A DNA stretch of 64,000 nucleotides from Eledone cirrhosa. Its lineage: Eukaryota. A program made the translations under genes and the position numbers. The notes beneath the pieces were generated by a model. The model worked only from the letters and a program-made list of their open reading frames with translations. It was not told the origin of the DNA and ran no database searches. Each line of letters begins with the position of its first letter. Positions within the stretch are counted from its first letter, which is position 1. The stretch is taken from NCBI GenBank assembly GCA_964016885.1, contig OZ024745.1:3224001-3288000 (forward strand), read 5' to 3'. This document shows, piece after piece, positions 8,601-23,600 of the stretch.

Positions 8601-11600
8601 TTTAGTCCACCTTCTCCCACCTGTCCTTTAGTCCATCTTCTCCCACCTGTCCTTTAGTCCACCTTCTCCCACCTGTCCTTTACTCCACCCTCTCCCACCT
8701 GTCCTTTAGTCCACCTTCTCCCACCTGTCCTTTACTCCACCATCTCCCACCTGTCCTTTAGTCCATCTTCTCCCACCTGTCCTTTAGTCCACCATCTCCC
8801 ACCTGTCCTTTAGTCCACCTTCTCCCACCTGTCCTTTACTCCACCATCTCCCACCTGTCCTAAGTCTACCTTCTCCCACCTGTCCTTTAGTCCACCATCT
8901 CCCACCTGTCCTTTAGTCCATCTCCCACCTGTCCTTTAGTCCACCATCTCCCACCGGTCCTTTAGTCCACCATCTCCCACCTGTCCTTTAGTCCACCTTC
9001 TCCCACCCGTCCTTTAGTCCACCTTCTCCCACCTGTCCTTTAGTCCACCTTCTCCCACCTGTCCTTTAGTCCACCTTCTCCCACCTGTCCTTTAGTCCAC
9101 CTTCTCCCACCTGTCCTTTAGTCCACCTTCTCCCACCTGTCCTAAGTCTACCTTCTCCCACCTGTCCTTTAGCCCACCATCTCCCACCTGTCCTTTAGTC
9201 CATCTCCCACCTGTCCTTTACTCCACCTTCTCCCACCTGTCCTTTACTCTACCATCTCCCACCTGTCCTTTAGTCCACCTTCTCCCACCTGTCCTTACTC
9301 CACCATCTCCCACCTGTCCTTTAGTCCATCTTCTCCCACCTGTCCTTTACTCCACCATCTCCCACCTGTCCTTTACTCCACCATCTCCCACCTGTCATTT
9401 AGTCCACCTTCTCCCACCTGTCCTTTAGTCTACCATCTCCCACCTGTCCTTTACTCCACCATCTCCCACCTGTCCTTTAGTCCACCTTCTCCCACCTGTC
9501 CTTTACTCCACCATCTCCCACCTGTCCTTTACTCCACCATCTCCCACCTGTCCTTTAGTCCACCTTCTCCCACCTGTCATTTAGTCTACCATCTCCCACC
9601 TGTCCTTTACTCCACCATCTCCCACCTGTCCTTTAGTCCACCTTCTCCCACCTGTCCTTTACTCCACCATCTCCCACCTGTCCTTTACTCCAACTTCTCC
9701 CACCTGTCCTTTAGTCCACCTTCTCCCACCTGTCCTTTAGTCCACCTTCTCCCACCTGTCCTTTAGTCCACCTTCTCCCACCTGTCCTTTAGTCCACCTT
9801 CTCCCACCTGTCCTTTAGTCCACCTTCTCCCACCTGTCCTTTAGTCCACCTTCTCCCACCTGTCCTTTAGTCCACCATCTCCCACCTGTCCTTTAGTCCA
9901 CCTTCTCCCACCTGTCCTTTAGTCCACCTTCTCGCACCTGTCCTTTAGTCCACTATCTCCCACCTGTCCTTTAGTCCATCTTCTCCCACCTGTCCTTTAG
10001 TCTACCATCTCCCACCTGTCCTTTACTCCACCATCTCCCACCTGTCCTTTAGTCCACCTTCTCCCACCTGTCCGTTACTCCACCATCTCCCCGCTGTCCT
10101 TTACTCCACCATCTCCCACCTGTCCTTTAGTCCACCTTCTCCCACCTGTCCTTTAGTCTACCATCTCCCACCTGTCCTTTACTCCACCATCTCCCACCTG
10201 TCCTTTACTCCACCATCTCCCACCTGTCCTTTAGTCCACCTTCTCCCACCTGTCCTTTACTCCACCATCTCCCACCTGTCCTTTACTCCACCTTCTCCCA
10301 CCTGTCCTTTAGTCCACCTTCTCCCACCTGTCCTTTAGTCTGCCATCTCCCACCTGTCCTTTACTCCACCATCTCCCACCTGTCCTTTACTCCACCATCT
10401 CCCACCTGTCCTTTAGTCCACCTTCTCCCACCTGTCCGTTACTCCACCATCTCCCCGCTGTCCTTTACTCCACCATCTCCCACCTGTCCTTTAGTCAACC
10501 TTCTCCCACCTGCCCTTTAGTCCACCTTCTCCCACCTGTCCTTTAGTCCACCATCTCCCACCTGTCCTTTAGTCCACCATCTCCCACCTGTCCTTTAGTC
10601 CACCATCTCCCACCTGTCCTTTAGTCCACCATCTCCCACCTGTCCTTTAGTCTACCTTCTCCCACCTGTCCTTTAGTCTACCTTCTCCCACCTGTCCTTT
10701 AGTCCACCATCTCCCACCTGTCCTTTAGTCCACAATCTCCCACCTGTCCTTTAGTCCACCTTCTCCCACCTGTCCTTTAGTCCATCTTCTCCCACCTGTC
10801 CTTTAGTCCACCTTCTCCCACCTGTCCTTTACTCCACCCTCTCCCACCTGTCCTTTAGTCCACCTTCTCCCACCTGTCCTTTACTCCACCATCTCCCACC
10901 TGTCCTTTAGTCCATCTTCTCCCACCTGTCCTTTAGTCCACCATCTCCCACCTGTCCTTTAGTCCACCTTCTCCCACCTGTCCTTTACTCCACCTTCTCC
11001 CACCTGTCCTAAGTCTACCTTCTCCCACCTGTCCTTTAGTCCACCATCTCCCACCTGTCCTTTAGTCCATCTCCCACCTGTCCTTTAGTCCACCATCTCC
11101 CACCTGTCCTTTAGTCCACCTTCTCCCACCTGTCCTTTAGTCCACCTTCTCCAACCTGTCCTTTAGTCTACCATCTCCCACCTGTCCTTTAGTCCACCAT
11201 CTCCCACCTGTCCTTTACTCCACCATCTCCCACCTGTCCTTTAGTCCATCTTCTCCCACCTGTCTTTTAGTCCACCTTCTCCCACCTGTCCTTTAGTCCA
11301 CCTTCTCCCACCTGTCCTTTAGTCCACATTCTCCCACCTGTCCTTTAGTCCACCATCTCCCACCTGTCCTTTAGTCCATCTTCTCCCACCTGTCCTTTAG
11401 TCCACCTTCTCCCACCTGTCCTAAGTCTACCTTCTCCCACCTGTCCTTTAGTCCTCCATATCCCACCTGTCCTTCAGTCCATCTTCTCCCACCTGTCCTT
11501 TACTCCACCATCTCCCACCTGTCCTTTACTCCACCTTCTCCCACCTGTGCTTTAGTCCACCATCTCCCGCCTGTCCTTTAGTCCACCATCTCCCACCTGT

Positions 11601-14600
11601 CCTTTAGTCCATCTTCTCCCACCTGTCCTTTACTCCACCTTCTTCCACCTGTCCTTTAGTCTACCTTCTCCCACCTGTCCTTTAGTCTACCTTCTCCCAC
11701 CTGTCCTTTAGTCCACCATCTCCCACCTGTCCTTTAGTCCACAATCTCCCACCTGTCCTTTAGTCCACCTTCTCCCACCTGTCCTTTAGTCCATCTTCTC
11801 CCACCTGTCCTTTAGTCCACCTTCTCCCACCTGTCCTTTACTCCACCCTCTCCCACCTGTCCTTTAGTCCACCTTCTCCCACCTGTCCTTTACTCCACCA
11901 TCTCCCACCTGTCCTTTAGTCCATCTTCTCCCACCTGTGCTTTAGTCCACCATCTCCCGCCTGTCCTTTAGTCCACCATCTCCCACCTATCCTTTAGTCC
12001 ACCTTCTCCCACCTGTCCTTTACTCCACCTTCTCCCACCTGTCCTAAGTCTACCTTCTCCCACCTGTCCTTTAGTCCACCGTCTCCCACCTGTCCTTTAG
12101 TCCATCTCCCACCTGTCCTTTAGTCCACCATCTCCCACCGGTCCTTTAGTCCACCATCTCCCACCTGTCCTTTAGTCCACCTTCTCCCACCTGTCCTTTA
12201 GTCCACCTTCTCCCACCTGTCCTTTAGTCCACCTTCTCCCACCTGTCCTTTAGTCCACCTTCTCCCACCTGTCCTTTAGTCCACCTTCTCCCACCTGTCC
12301 TAAGTCTACCTTCTCCCACCTGTCCTTTAGTCCACCATCTCCCACCTGTCCTTTAGTCCATCTCCCACCTGTCCTTTACTCCACCTTCTCCCACCTGTCC
12401 TTTGCTCTACCGTCTCCCACCTGTCCTTTAGTCCACCTTCTCCCACCTGTCCTTACTCCACCATCTCCCACCTGTCCTTTAGTCCATCTTCTCCCACCTG
12501 TCCTTTACTCCACCATCTCCCACCTGTCCTTTACTCCACCATCTCCCACCTGTCCTTTAATCCACCTTCTCCCACATGTCCTTTAGTCTGCCATCTCCCA
12601 CCTGTCCTTTACTCCACCATCTCCCACCTGTCCTTTACTCCACCATCTCCCACCTGTCCTTTAGTCCACCTTCTCCCACCTGTCCTTTACTCCACCATCT
12701 CCCACCTGTCCTTTACTCCACCATCTCCCACCTGTCCTTTACTCCACCTTCTCCCACCTGTCCTTTACACTACCATCTCCCACCTGTCCTTTAGTCCACC
12801 TTCTCCCACCTGTCCTTACTCCACCATCTCCCACCTGTCCTTTAGTCCACCTTCTCCCACCTGTCCTTTACTCCACCATCTCCCACCTGTCCTTTACTCC
12901 ACCATCTCCCACCTGTCCTTTAGTCCACCTTCTCCCACCTGTCCTTTAGTCTACCATCTCCCACCTGTCCTTTACTCCACCATCTCCCACCTGTCCTTTA
13001 GTCCACCTTCTCCCACCTGTCCTTTACTCCACCATCTCCCACCTGTCCTTTACTCCACCATCTCCCACCTGTCCTTTAGTCCACCTTCTCCCACCTGTCA
13101 TTTAGTCTACCATCTCCCACCTGTCCTTTCTCCACCTTCTCCCACCTGTCCTTTAGTCCACCTTCTCCCACCTGTCCTTTAGTCCACCTTCTCCCACCTG
13201 TCCTTTAGTCCACCTTCTCCCACCTGTCCTTTAGTCCACCTTCTCCCACCTGTCCTTTAGTCCACCATCTCCCACCTGTCCTTTAGTCCACCTTCTCCCA
13301 CCTGTCCTTTACTCCACCATCTCCCACCTGTCCTTTACTCCAACTTCTCCCACCTGTCCTTTAGTCCACCTTCTCCCACCTGTCCTTTAGTCCACCTTCT
13401 CCCACCTGTCCTTTAGTCCACCTTCTCCCACCTGTCCTTTAGTCCACCCTCTCCCACCTGTCCTTTAGTCCACCTTCTCCCACCTGTCCTTTAGTCCACC
13501 TTCTCCCACCTGTCCTTTAGTCCACCATCTCCCACCTGTCCTTTAGTCCACCTTCTCCCACCTGTCCTTTAGTCCACCTTCTCCCACCTGTCCTTTAGTC
13601 CACCATCTCCCACCTGTCCTTTAGTCCATCTTCTCCCACCTGTCCTTTAGTCTACCATCTCCCACCTGTCCTTTACTCCACCATCTCCCACCTGTCCTTT
13701 AGTCCACCTTCTCCCACCTGTCCGTTACTCCACCATCTCCCCGCTGTCCTTTACTCCACCATCTCCCACCTGTCCTTTAGTCCACCTTCTCCCACCTGTC
13801 CTTTAGTCTACCATCTCCCACCTGTCCTTTACTCCACCATCTCCCACCTGTCCTTTACTCCACCATCTCCCACCTGTCCTTTAGTCCACCTTCTCCCACC
13901 TGTCCTTTACTCTACCATCTCCCACCTGTCCTTTACTCCACCTTCTCCCACCTGTCCTTTAGTCCACCTTCTCCCACCTGTCCTTTAGTCTGCCATCTCC
14001 CACCTGTCCTTTACTCCTCCATCTCCCACCTGTCCTTTACTCCACCATCTCCCACCTGTCCTTTAGTCCACCTTCTCCCACCTGTCCTTTACTCCACCAT
14101 CTCCCACCTGTCCTTTACTCCACCATCTCCTACCTGTCCTTTAGTCCACCTTCTCCCACGTGTCCTTTAGTCTACCATCTCCCACCTGTCCTTTACTCCA
14201 CCATCTCCCACCTGTCCTTTAGTCCACCTTCTCACACCTGTCCTTTAGTCTACCATCTGCCACCTGTCCTTTACTCCACCACCTCCCACCTGTCCTTTAG
14301 TCCACCTTCTCCCACCTGTCCTTTACTCCACCATCTCCCACCTGTCCTTTACTCCACCATCTCCCACCTGTCCTTTAGTCCACCTTCTCCCACCTGTCCT
14401 TTAGTCTACCATCTCCCACCTGTCCTTTACTCCACCATCTCCCACCTGTCCTTTACTCCACCATCTCCCACCTGTCCTTTAGTCCACCTTCTCCCACCTG
14501 TCCGTTACTCCACCATCTCCCCGCTGTCCTTTACTCCACCATCTCCCACCTGTCCTTTAGTCCACCTTCTCCCACCTGTCCTTTACTCCACCTTCTCCCA

Positions 14601-17600
14601 CCTGTCCTTTAGTCTACCTTCTCCCACCTGTCCTTTAGTCCACCATCTCCCACCTGTCCTTTAGTCCACAATCTCCCACCTGTCCTTTAGTCGAGCTTCT
14701 CCCACCTGTCCTTTACTCCACCTTCTCCCACCTGTCCTTTACTCCACCATCTCCCACCTGTCCTTTACTCCACCTTCTCCCACCTGTCCTTTACTCCACC
14801 TTCTCCCACCTGTCCTTTACTCTACCATCTCCCACCTGTCCTTTAGTCCACCTTCTCCCACCTGTCCTTACTCCACCATCTCCCACCTGTCCTTTAGTCC
14901 ACCTTCTCCCACCTGTCCTTTACTCCACCATCTCCCACCTGTCCTTTACTCCACCATCTCCCACCTGTCCTTTAGTCCACCTTCTCCCACCTGTCCTTTA
15001 GTCTACCATCTCCCACCTGTCCTTTACTCCACCATCTCCCACCTGTCCTTTAGTCCACCTTCTCCCACCTGTCCTTTACTCCACCATCTCCCACCTGTCC
15101 TTTACTCCACCATCTCCCACCTGTCCTTTAGTCCACCTTCTCCCACCTGTCATTTAGTCTACCATCTCCCACCTGTCCTTTACTCCACCATCTCCCACCT
15201 GTCCTTTACTCCACCATCTCCCACCTGTCCTTTAGTCCACCTTCTCCCACCTGTCCTTTACTCCACCATCTCCCACCTGTCCTTTACTCCAACTTCTCCC
15301 ACCTGTCCTTTAGTCCACCTTCTCCCACCTGTCCTTTAGTCCACCTTCTCCCACCTGTCCTTTAGTCCACCTTCTCCCACCTGTCCTTTAGTCCACCCTC
15401 TCCCACCTGTCCTTTAGTCCACCTTCTCCCACCTGTCCTTTAGTCCACCTTCTCCCACCTGTCCTTTAGTCCACCATCTCCCACCTGTCCTTTAGTCCAC
15501 CTTCTCCCACCTGTCCTTTAGTCCACCATCTCCCACCTGTCCTTTAGTCCATCTTCTCCCACCTGTCCTTTAGTCTACCATCTCCCACCTGTCCTTTACT
15601 CCACCATCTCCCACCTGTCCTTTAGTCCACCTTCTCCCACCTGTCCGTTACTCCACCATCTCCCCGCTGTCCTTTACTCCACCATCTCCCACCTGTCCTT
15701 TAGTCCACCTTCTCCCACCTGTCCTTTAGTCTACCATCTCCCACCTGTCCTTTACTCCACCATCTCCCACCTGTCCTTTACTCCACCATCTCCCACCTGT
15801 CCTTTAGTCCACCTTCTCCCACCTGTCCTTTACTCCACCATCTCCCACCTGTCCTTTACTCCACCTTCTCCCACCTGTCCTTTAGTCCACCTTCTCCCAC
15901 CTGTCCTTTAGTCTGCCATCTCCCACCTGTCCTTTACTCCACCATCTCCCACCTGTCCTTTACTCCACCATCTCCCACCTGTCCTTTAGTCCACCTTCTC
16001 CCACCTGTCCTTTACTCCACCATCCCCCACCTGTCCTTTACTCCACCATCTCCTACCTGTCCTTTAGTCCACCTTCTCCCACGTGTCCTTTAGTCTACCA
16101 TCTCCCACCTGTCCTTTACTCCACCATCTCCCACCTGTCCTTTAGTCCACCTTCTCACACCTGTCCTTTAGTCCACCATCTCCCACCTGTCCTTTACTCC
16201 ACCACCTCCCACCTGTCCTTTAGTCCACCTTCTCCCACCTGTCCTTTACTCCACCATCTCCCACCTGTCCTTTACTCCACCATCTCCCACCTGTCCTTTA
16301 GTCCACCTTCTCCCACCTGTCCTTTAGTCTACCATCTCCCACCTGTCCTTTACTCCACCATCTCCCACCTGTCCTTTAGTCCACCTTCTCCCACCTGTCC
16401 TTTACTCCACCATCTCCCACCTGTCCTTTACTCCACCTTCTCCCACCTGTCCTTTAGTCCACCTTCTCCCACCTGTCCTTTAGTCCACCTTCTCCCACCT
16501 GTCCTTTAGTCCACCTTCTCCCACCTGTCCTTTAGTCCACCTTCTCCCACCTGTCCTTTAGTCCACCTTCTCCCACCTGTCCTTTAGTCCACCTTCTCCC
16601 ACCTGTCCTTTAGTCCACCTTCTCCCACCTGTCCTTTGGTCCACCATCTCCCACCTGTCCTTTAGTCCATCTTCTCCCACCTGTCCTTTACTCCACCTTC
16701 TCCCACCTGTCCTTTAGTCTACCTTCTCCCACCTGTCCTTTAGTCCACCATCTCCCACCTGTCCTTTAGTCCACAATCTCCCATCTGTCCTTTAGTCGAG
16801 CTTCTCCCACCTGTACTTTAGTCCATCTTCTCCCACCTGTCCTTTAGTCCACCTTCTCCCACCTGTCCTTTACTCCACCATCTCCCACCTGTCCTTTAGT
16901 CCACCTTCTCCCACCTGTCCTTTACTCCACCTTCTCCCACCTGTCCTTTAGTCCATCTTCTCCCACCTGTCCTTTAGTCCACCATCTCCCACCTGTCCTT
17001 TAGTCCACCTTCTCCCACCTGTCCTTTACTCCACCTTCTCCCACCTGTCCTAAGTCTACCTTCTCCCACCTGTCCTTTACTCCACCATCTCCCACCTGTC
17101 CTTTAGTCCACCATCTCCCACCTGTCCTTTAGTCCACCTTCTCCCACCTGTCCTTTAGTCCACCTTCTCCCACCTGTCCTTTAGTCCACCTTCTCCCACC
17201 TGTCCTTTAGTCCACCTCCTCCCACCTGTCCTTTAGTCCACCTTCTCCCACCTGTCCTTTAGTCCACCTTCTCCCACATATCCTAAGTCTACCTTCTCCC
17301 ACCTGTCCTTTAGTCCACCATCTCCCACCTGTCCTTTAGTCTACCATCTCCCACCTGTCCTTTAGTCCATCTTCTCCCACCTGTCCTTTACTCCACCTTC
17401 TCCCACCTGTCCTTTAGTCTACCTTCTCCCACCTGTCCTTTAGTCCACCATCTCCCACCTGTCCTTTAGTCCACCTTCTCCCACCTGTCCTTTAGTCCAC
17501 CATCTCCCACCTGTCCTTTAGTCCATCTTCTCCCACCTGTCCTTTACTCCACCTTCTCCCACCTGTCCTTTAGTCTACCTTCTCCCACCTGTCCTTTAGT

Positions 17601-20600
17601 CCACCATCTCCCACCTGTCCTTTAGTCCACCTTCTCCCACCTATCCTTTAGTCCACCATCTCCCACCTGTCCTTTAGTCCACCTTCTCCCACCTGTCCTT
17701 TAGTCCACCTTCTCCCACCTGTCCTTTACTCCACCATCTCCCACCTGTCCTTTAGTCCACCTTCTCCCACCTGTCCTTTACTCCACCATCTCCCACCTGT
17801 CCTTTAGTCCACCATCTCCCACCTGTCCTTTACTCCACCATCTCCCACCTGTCCTTTAGTCCATCTTCTCCCACCTGTCCTTTAGTCCACCTTCTCCCAC
17901 CTGTCCTTTAGTCCACCTTCTCCCACCTGTCCTTTAGTCCACCTGCTCCCACCTGTCCTTTAGTCCACCATCTCCCACCTGTCCCTTAGTCCATCTTCTC
18001 CCACCTGTCCTTTAGTCCACCATCTCCCACCTGTCCTTTAGTCCACCATCTCCCACCTGTCCTTTAGTCCACCATCTCGCACCTGTCCTTTAGTCCACCA
18101 TCTCCCACCTGTCCTTTAGTCCACCTTCTCCCACCTGTCCTTTAGTCCACCTTCTCCCACCTGTCCTTTAGTCCACCATCTCCCACCTGTCCTTTACTCC
18201 ACCATCTCCCACCTGTCCTTTAGCCTACCATCTCCCACCTGTCCTTTAGTCCACCTTCTCCCACCTGTCCTTTAGTCCACCATCTCCCACCTGCCCTTTA
18301 GTCCACCTTCTCCCACCTGTCCTTTACTCCACCTTCTCCCACCTGTCCTTTAGTCCACCTTCTCCCACCTGTCCTTTAGTCCACCTTCTCCCACCTATCC
18401 TAAGTCTACCTTCTCCCACCTGTCCTTTAGTCCACCATCTCCCACCTGTCCTTTAGTCCACCTTCTCCCACCTGTCCTTTAGTCCACCATCTCCCACCTG
18501 TCCTTTAGTCCATCTTCTCCCACCTGTCCTTTACTCCACCTTCTCCCACCTGTCCTTTAGTCCACCTTCTCCCACCTGTCCTTTACTCCACCTTCTTCCA
18601 CCTGTCCTTTAGTCTACCTTCTCCCACCTGTCCTTTAGTCCACCATCTCCCACCTGTCCTTTAGTCCATCTTCTCCCACCTGTCCTTTACTCCACCTTCT
18701 TCCACCTGTCCTTTAGTCTACCTTCTCCCACCTGTCCTTTAGTCCACCATCTCCCACCTGTCCTTTAGTCCATCTTCTCCCACCTGTCCTTTAGTCCACC
18801 TTCTCCCACCTGTCCTTTAGTCTACCTTCTCCCACCTGTCCTTTAGTACACCTTCTCCCACCATTCCTTTAGTCCACCATCTCCCACCTGTCCTTTAGTC
18901 CACCTTCTCCCACCTGTCCTTTACTCCACCATCTCCCACCTGTCCTTTAGTCCACCTTCTCCCACCTGTCCTTTAGTCCACCATCTCCCACCTGTCCTTT
19001 AGTCCACCATCTCCCACCTGCCCTTTACTCCACCATCTCCCACCTGTCCTTTAGTCCACCATCTCCCACCTGTCCTTTAGTCCACCTTCTCCCACCTGTC
19101 CTTTAGTACACCTTCTCCCACCATTCCTTTAGTCCACCATCTCCCACCTGTCCTTTAGTCCACCATCTCCCACCTGCCCTTTACTCCACCATCTCCCACC
19201 TGTCCTTTAGTCCATCTTCTCCCACCTGTCCTTTAGTCCACCTTCTCCCACCTGTCCTTTAGTCCACCTTCTCCCACCTGTCCTTTAGTCCACCTGCTCC
19301 CACCTGTCCTTTAGTCTACCATCTCCCACCTGTCCTTTAGTCCACCTTCTCCCACCTGTCCTTTAGTCCACCTTCTCCCACCTGTCCTTTAGTCCACCTT
19401 CTCCCACCTGTCCTTTAGTCCACCTGCTCCCACCTGTCCTTTAGTCCACCATCTCCCACCTGTCCTTTAGTCCATCTTCTCCCACCTGTCCTTTAGTCCA
19501 CCATCTCCCACGTGTCCTTTAGTCCACCATCTCCCACCTGTCCTTTAGTCCACCATCTCGCACCTGTCCTTTAGTCCACCTTCTCCCACCTGTCCTTTAG
19601 TCCACCTTCTCCCACCTGTCCTTTAGTCCACCATCACCCACCTGTCCTTTACTCCACCATCTCCCACCTGTCCTTTAGTCCACCATCTCCCACCTGTCCT
19701 TTAGTCCACCTTCTCCCACCTGTCTTTAGTCCACCATCTCCCACCTGTCCTTTAGTCCACCTTCTCCCACCTGTCCTTTACTCTACCTTCTCCCACCTGT
19801 CCTTTAGTCCACCTTCTCCCACCTGTCCTTTAGTCCACCTTCTCCCACCTGTCCTTTACTCCACCATCTCCCACCTGTCCTTTAGTCCACCATCTCCCAC
19901 CTGTCCTTTAGTCCACCTTCTCCCACCTGTCCTTTAGTCTACCATCTCCCACCTGTCCTTTAGTCCACCTTCTCCCACCTGTCCTTTAGTCCACCTTCTC
20001 CCACCTGTCCTTTAGTCCACCATCTCCCACCTGTCCTTTAGTCCGCCATCTCCCACCTGTCCTTTAGTCCACCATCTCGCACCTGTCCTTTAGTCCACCA
20101 TCTCGCACCGGTCCTTTAGTCCACCTTCTCCCACCTGTCCTTTAGTCCACCTTCTCCCACCTGTCCTTTAGTCCACCTTCTCCCACCTGTCCTTTAGTCC
20201 ACCATCTCCCACCTGTCCTTTAGTCCACCATCTCCCACCTGTCCTTTAGTCCACCATCTCGCACCTGTCCTTTAGTCCACCTTCTCCCACCTGTCCTTTA
20301 GTCCACCATCTCCCACCTGTCCTTTAGTCCACCTTCTCCCACCTGTCCTTTAGTCCACCATCTCCCACCTGTCCTTTAGTCCACCATCTCCCACCTGTCC
20401 TTTAGTCCACCATCTCGCACCTGTCCTTTAGTCCACCTTCTCCCACCTGTCCTTTAGTCCACCATCTCCCACCTGTCCTTTAGTCCACCATCTCGCACCT
20501 CTCCTTTAGTCCACCATCTCCCACCTGTCCTTTAGTCCACCATCTCGCACCTGTCCTTTAGTCCACCATCTCCCACCTGTCCTTTAGTCCACCATCTCCC

Positions 20601-23600
20601 ACCTGTCCTTTAGTCCACCATCTCCCACCTGTCCTTTAGTCCACCATCTCGCACCTCTCCTTTAGTCCACCATCTCCCACCTGTCCTTTAGTCCACCTTC
20701 TCCCACCTGTCCTTTAGTCCACCATCTCCCACCTGTCCTTTAGTCCACCTTCTCCCACCTGTCCTTTAGTCCACCATCTCCCACCTGTCCTTTAGTCCAC
20801 CATCTCCCACCTGTCCTTTAGTCCACCATCTCCCACCTGTCCTTTAGTCCACCATCTCGCACCTGTCCTTTAGTCCACCATCTCCCACCTGTCCTTTAGT
20901 CCACCATCTCCCACCTGTCCTTTAGTCCACCATCTCCCACCTGTCCTTTAGTCCACCATCTCCCACCTGTCCTTTAGTCCACCATCTCCCACCTGTCCTT
21001 TAGTCCACCTTCTCCCACCTGTCCTTTAGTCCACCATCTCCCACCTGTCCTTTAGTCCACCTTCTCCCACCTGTCCTTTAGTCCACCATCTCCCACCTGT
21101 CCTTTAGTCCACCATCTCGCACCTGTCCTTTAGTCCACCATCTCCCACCTGTCCTTTAGTCCACCATCTCCCACCTGTCCTTTAGTCCACCTTCTCCCAC
21201 CTGTCCTTTAGTCCACCTTCTCCCACCTGTCCTTTAGTCCACCTTCTCCCACCTGTCCTTTAGTCCACCTTCTCCCACCTGTCCTTTAGTCCACCATCTC
21301 CCACCTGTCCTTTAGTCCACCATCTCCCACCTGTCCTTTAGTCCACCTTCTCCCACCTGTCCTTTAGTCCACCATCTCGCACCTGTCCTTTAGTCCACCT
21401 TCTCCCACCTGTCCTTTAGTCCACCTTCTCCCACCTGTCCTTTAGTCCACCTTCTCCCACCTGTCCTTTAGTCCACCTTCTCCCACCTGTCCTTTAGTCC
21501 ACCATCTCCCACCTGTCCTTTAGTCCACCATCTCGCACCTCTCCTTTAGTCCACCATCTCCCACCTGTCCTTTAGTCCACCTTCTCCCACCTGTCCTTTA
21601 GTCCACCTTCTCCCACCTGTCCTTTAGTCCACCTTCTCCCACCTGTCCTTTAGTCCACCTTCTCCCACCTGTCCTTTAGTCCACCTTCTCCCACCTGTCC
21701 TTTAGTCCACCATCTCCCACCTGTCCTTTAGTCCACCTTCTCCCACCTGTCCTTTAGTCCACCTTCTCCCACCTGTCCTTTAGTCCACCTTCTCCCACCT
21801 GTCCTTTAGTCCACCTTCTCCCACCTGTCCTTTAGTCCACCATCTCCCACCTGTCCTTTAGTCCACCTTCTCCCACCTGTCCTTTAGTCCACCTTCTCCC
21901 ACCTGTCCTTTAGTCCACCTTCTCCCACCTGTCCTTTAGTCCACCATCTCCCACCTGTCCTTTAGTCCACCTTCTCCCACCTGTCCTTTAGTCCACCTTC
22001 TCCCACCTGTCCTTTAGTCCACCTTCTCCCACCTGTCCTTTAGTCCACCTTCTCCCACCTGTCCTTTAGTCCACCTTCTCCCACCTGTCATTTAGTCCAC
22101 CATCTCCTACCTGTCCTTTAGTCCACCTTCTCCCACCTGTCCTTTAGTCCACCTTCTCCCACCTGTCCTTTAGTCCACCTTCTCCCACCTGTCCTTTAGT
22201 CCACCATCTCCCACCTGTCCTTTAGTCCACCTTCTCCCACCTGTCCTTTGGTCCACCTTCTCCCACCTGTCCTTTAGTCCACCATCTCCCACCTGTCCTT
22301 TAGTCCACCTTCTCCCACCTGTCCTTTAGTCCACCTTCTCCCACCTGTCCTTTAGTCCACCTTCTCCCACCTGTCCTTTAGTCCACCTTCTCCCACCTGT
22401 CCTTTAGTCCACCATCTCCCACCTGTCCTTTAGTCCACCTTCTCCCACCTGTCCTTTAGTCCACCATCTCCCACCTGTCCTTTAGTCCACCATCTCCCAC
22501 CTGTCCTTTAGTCCACCATCTCGCACCTGTCCTTTAGTCCACCATCTCGCACCTGTCCTTTAGTCCACCATCTCGCACCTCTCCTTTAGTCCACCATCTC
22601 CCACCTGTCCTTTAGTCCACCTTCTCCCACCTGTCCTTTAGTCCACCTTCTCCCACCTGTCCTTTAGTCCACCTTCTCCCACCTGTCCTTTAGTCCACCA
22701 TATCCCACCTGTCCTTTAGTCCACCTTCTCCCACCTGTCCTTTGGTCCACCTTCTCCCACCTGTCCTTTAGTCCACCATCTCCCACCTGTCCTTTAGTCC
22801 ACCTTCTCCCACCTGTCATTTAGTCCACCTTCTCCCACCTGTCCTTTAGTCCACCTTCTCCCACCTGTCCTTTAGTCCACCTTCTCCCACCTGTCCTTTA
22901 GTCCACCATCTCCCACCTGTCCTTTAGTCCACCTTCTCCCACCTGTCCTTTAGTCCACCTTCTCCCACCTGTCCTTTGGTCCACCTTCTCCCACCTGTCC
23001 TTTAGTCCACCATCTCCCACCTGTCCTTTAGTCCACCATCTCCCACCTGTCCTTTAGTCCACCATCTCGCACCTGTCCTTTAGTCCACCATCTCGCACCT
23101 CTCCTTTAATCCACATTCTCCCACCTATCCTTTAGTCCAAATTCTCCCACCTGTCCTTTAGTCCACCATCTCCCACCTGTCCTTTAGTCCACCATCTCCC
23201 ACCTGTCCTTTAGTCCACCATCTCGCACCTCTCCTTTAGTCCACCATCTCCCACCTGTCCTTTAGTCCACCTTCTCCCACCTGTCCTTTAGTCCACCTTC
23301 TCCCACCTGTCCTTTAGTCCACCTTCTCCCACCTGTCCTTTAGTCCACCATATCCCACCTGTCCTTTAGTCCATCATCTCCCACCTGTCCTTTAGTCCAC
23401 CTTCTCCCACCTGTCCTTTAGTCCACCTTCTCCCACCTGTCCTTTAGTCCACCATCTCCCACCTGTCCTTTAGTCCACCTTCTCTTACCTGTCCTTTAGT
23501 CCACCATCTCCCACCTGTCCTTTAGTCCAGCTTCTCCCACCTGTCCTTTAGTCCACCATCTCCCACCTGTCCTTTCTCCACCTTCTCCCACCTGTCCTTT

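Noticed and set aside
12576-12794. 72-aa Pro/Ser-rich ORF within the satellite
   Set aside because: A chance ATG plus TAG-to-TAC variants transiently open the frame; the 26-bp period is not a multiple of 3.
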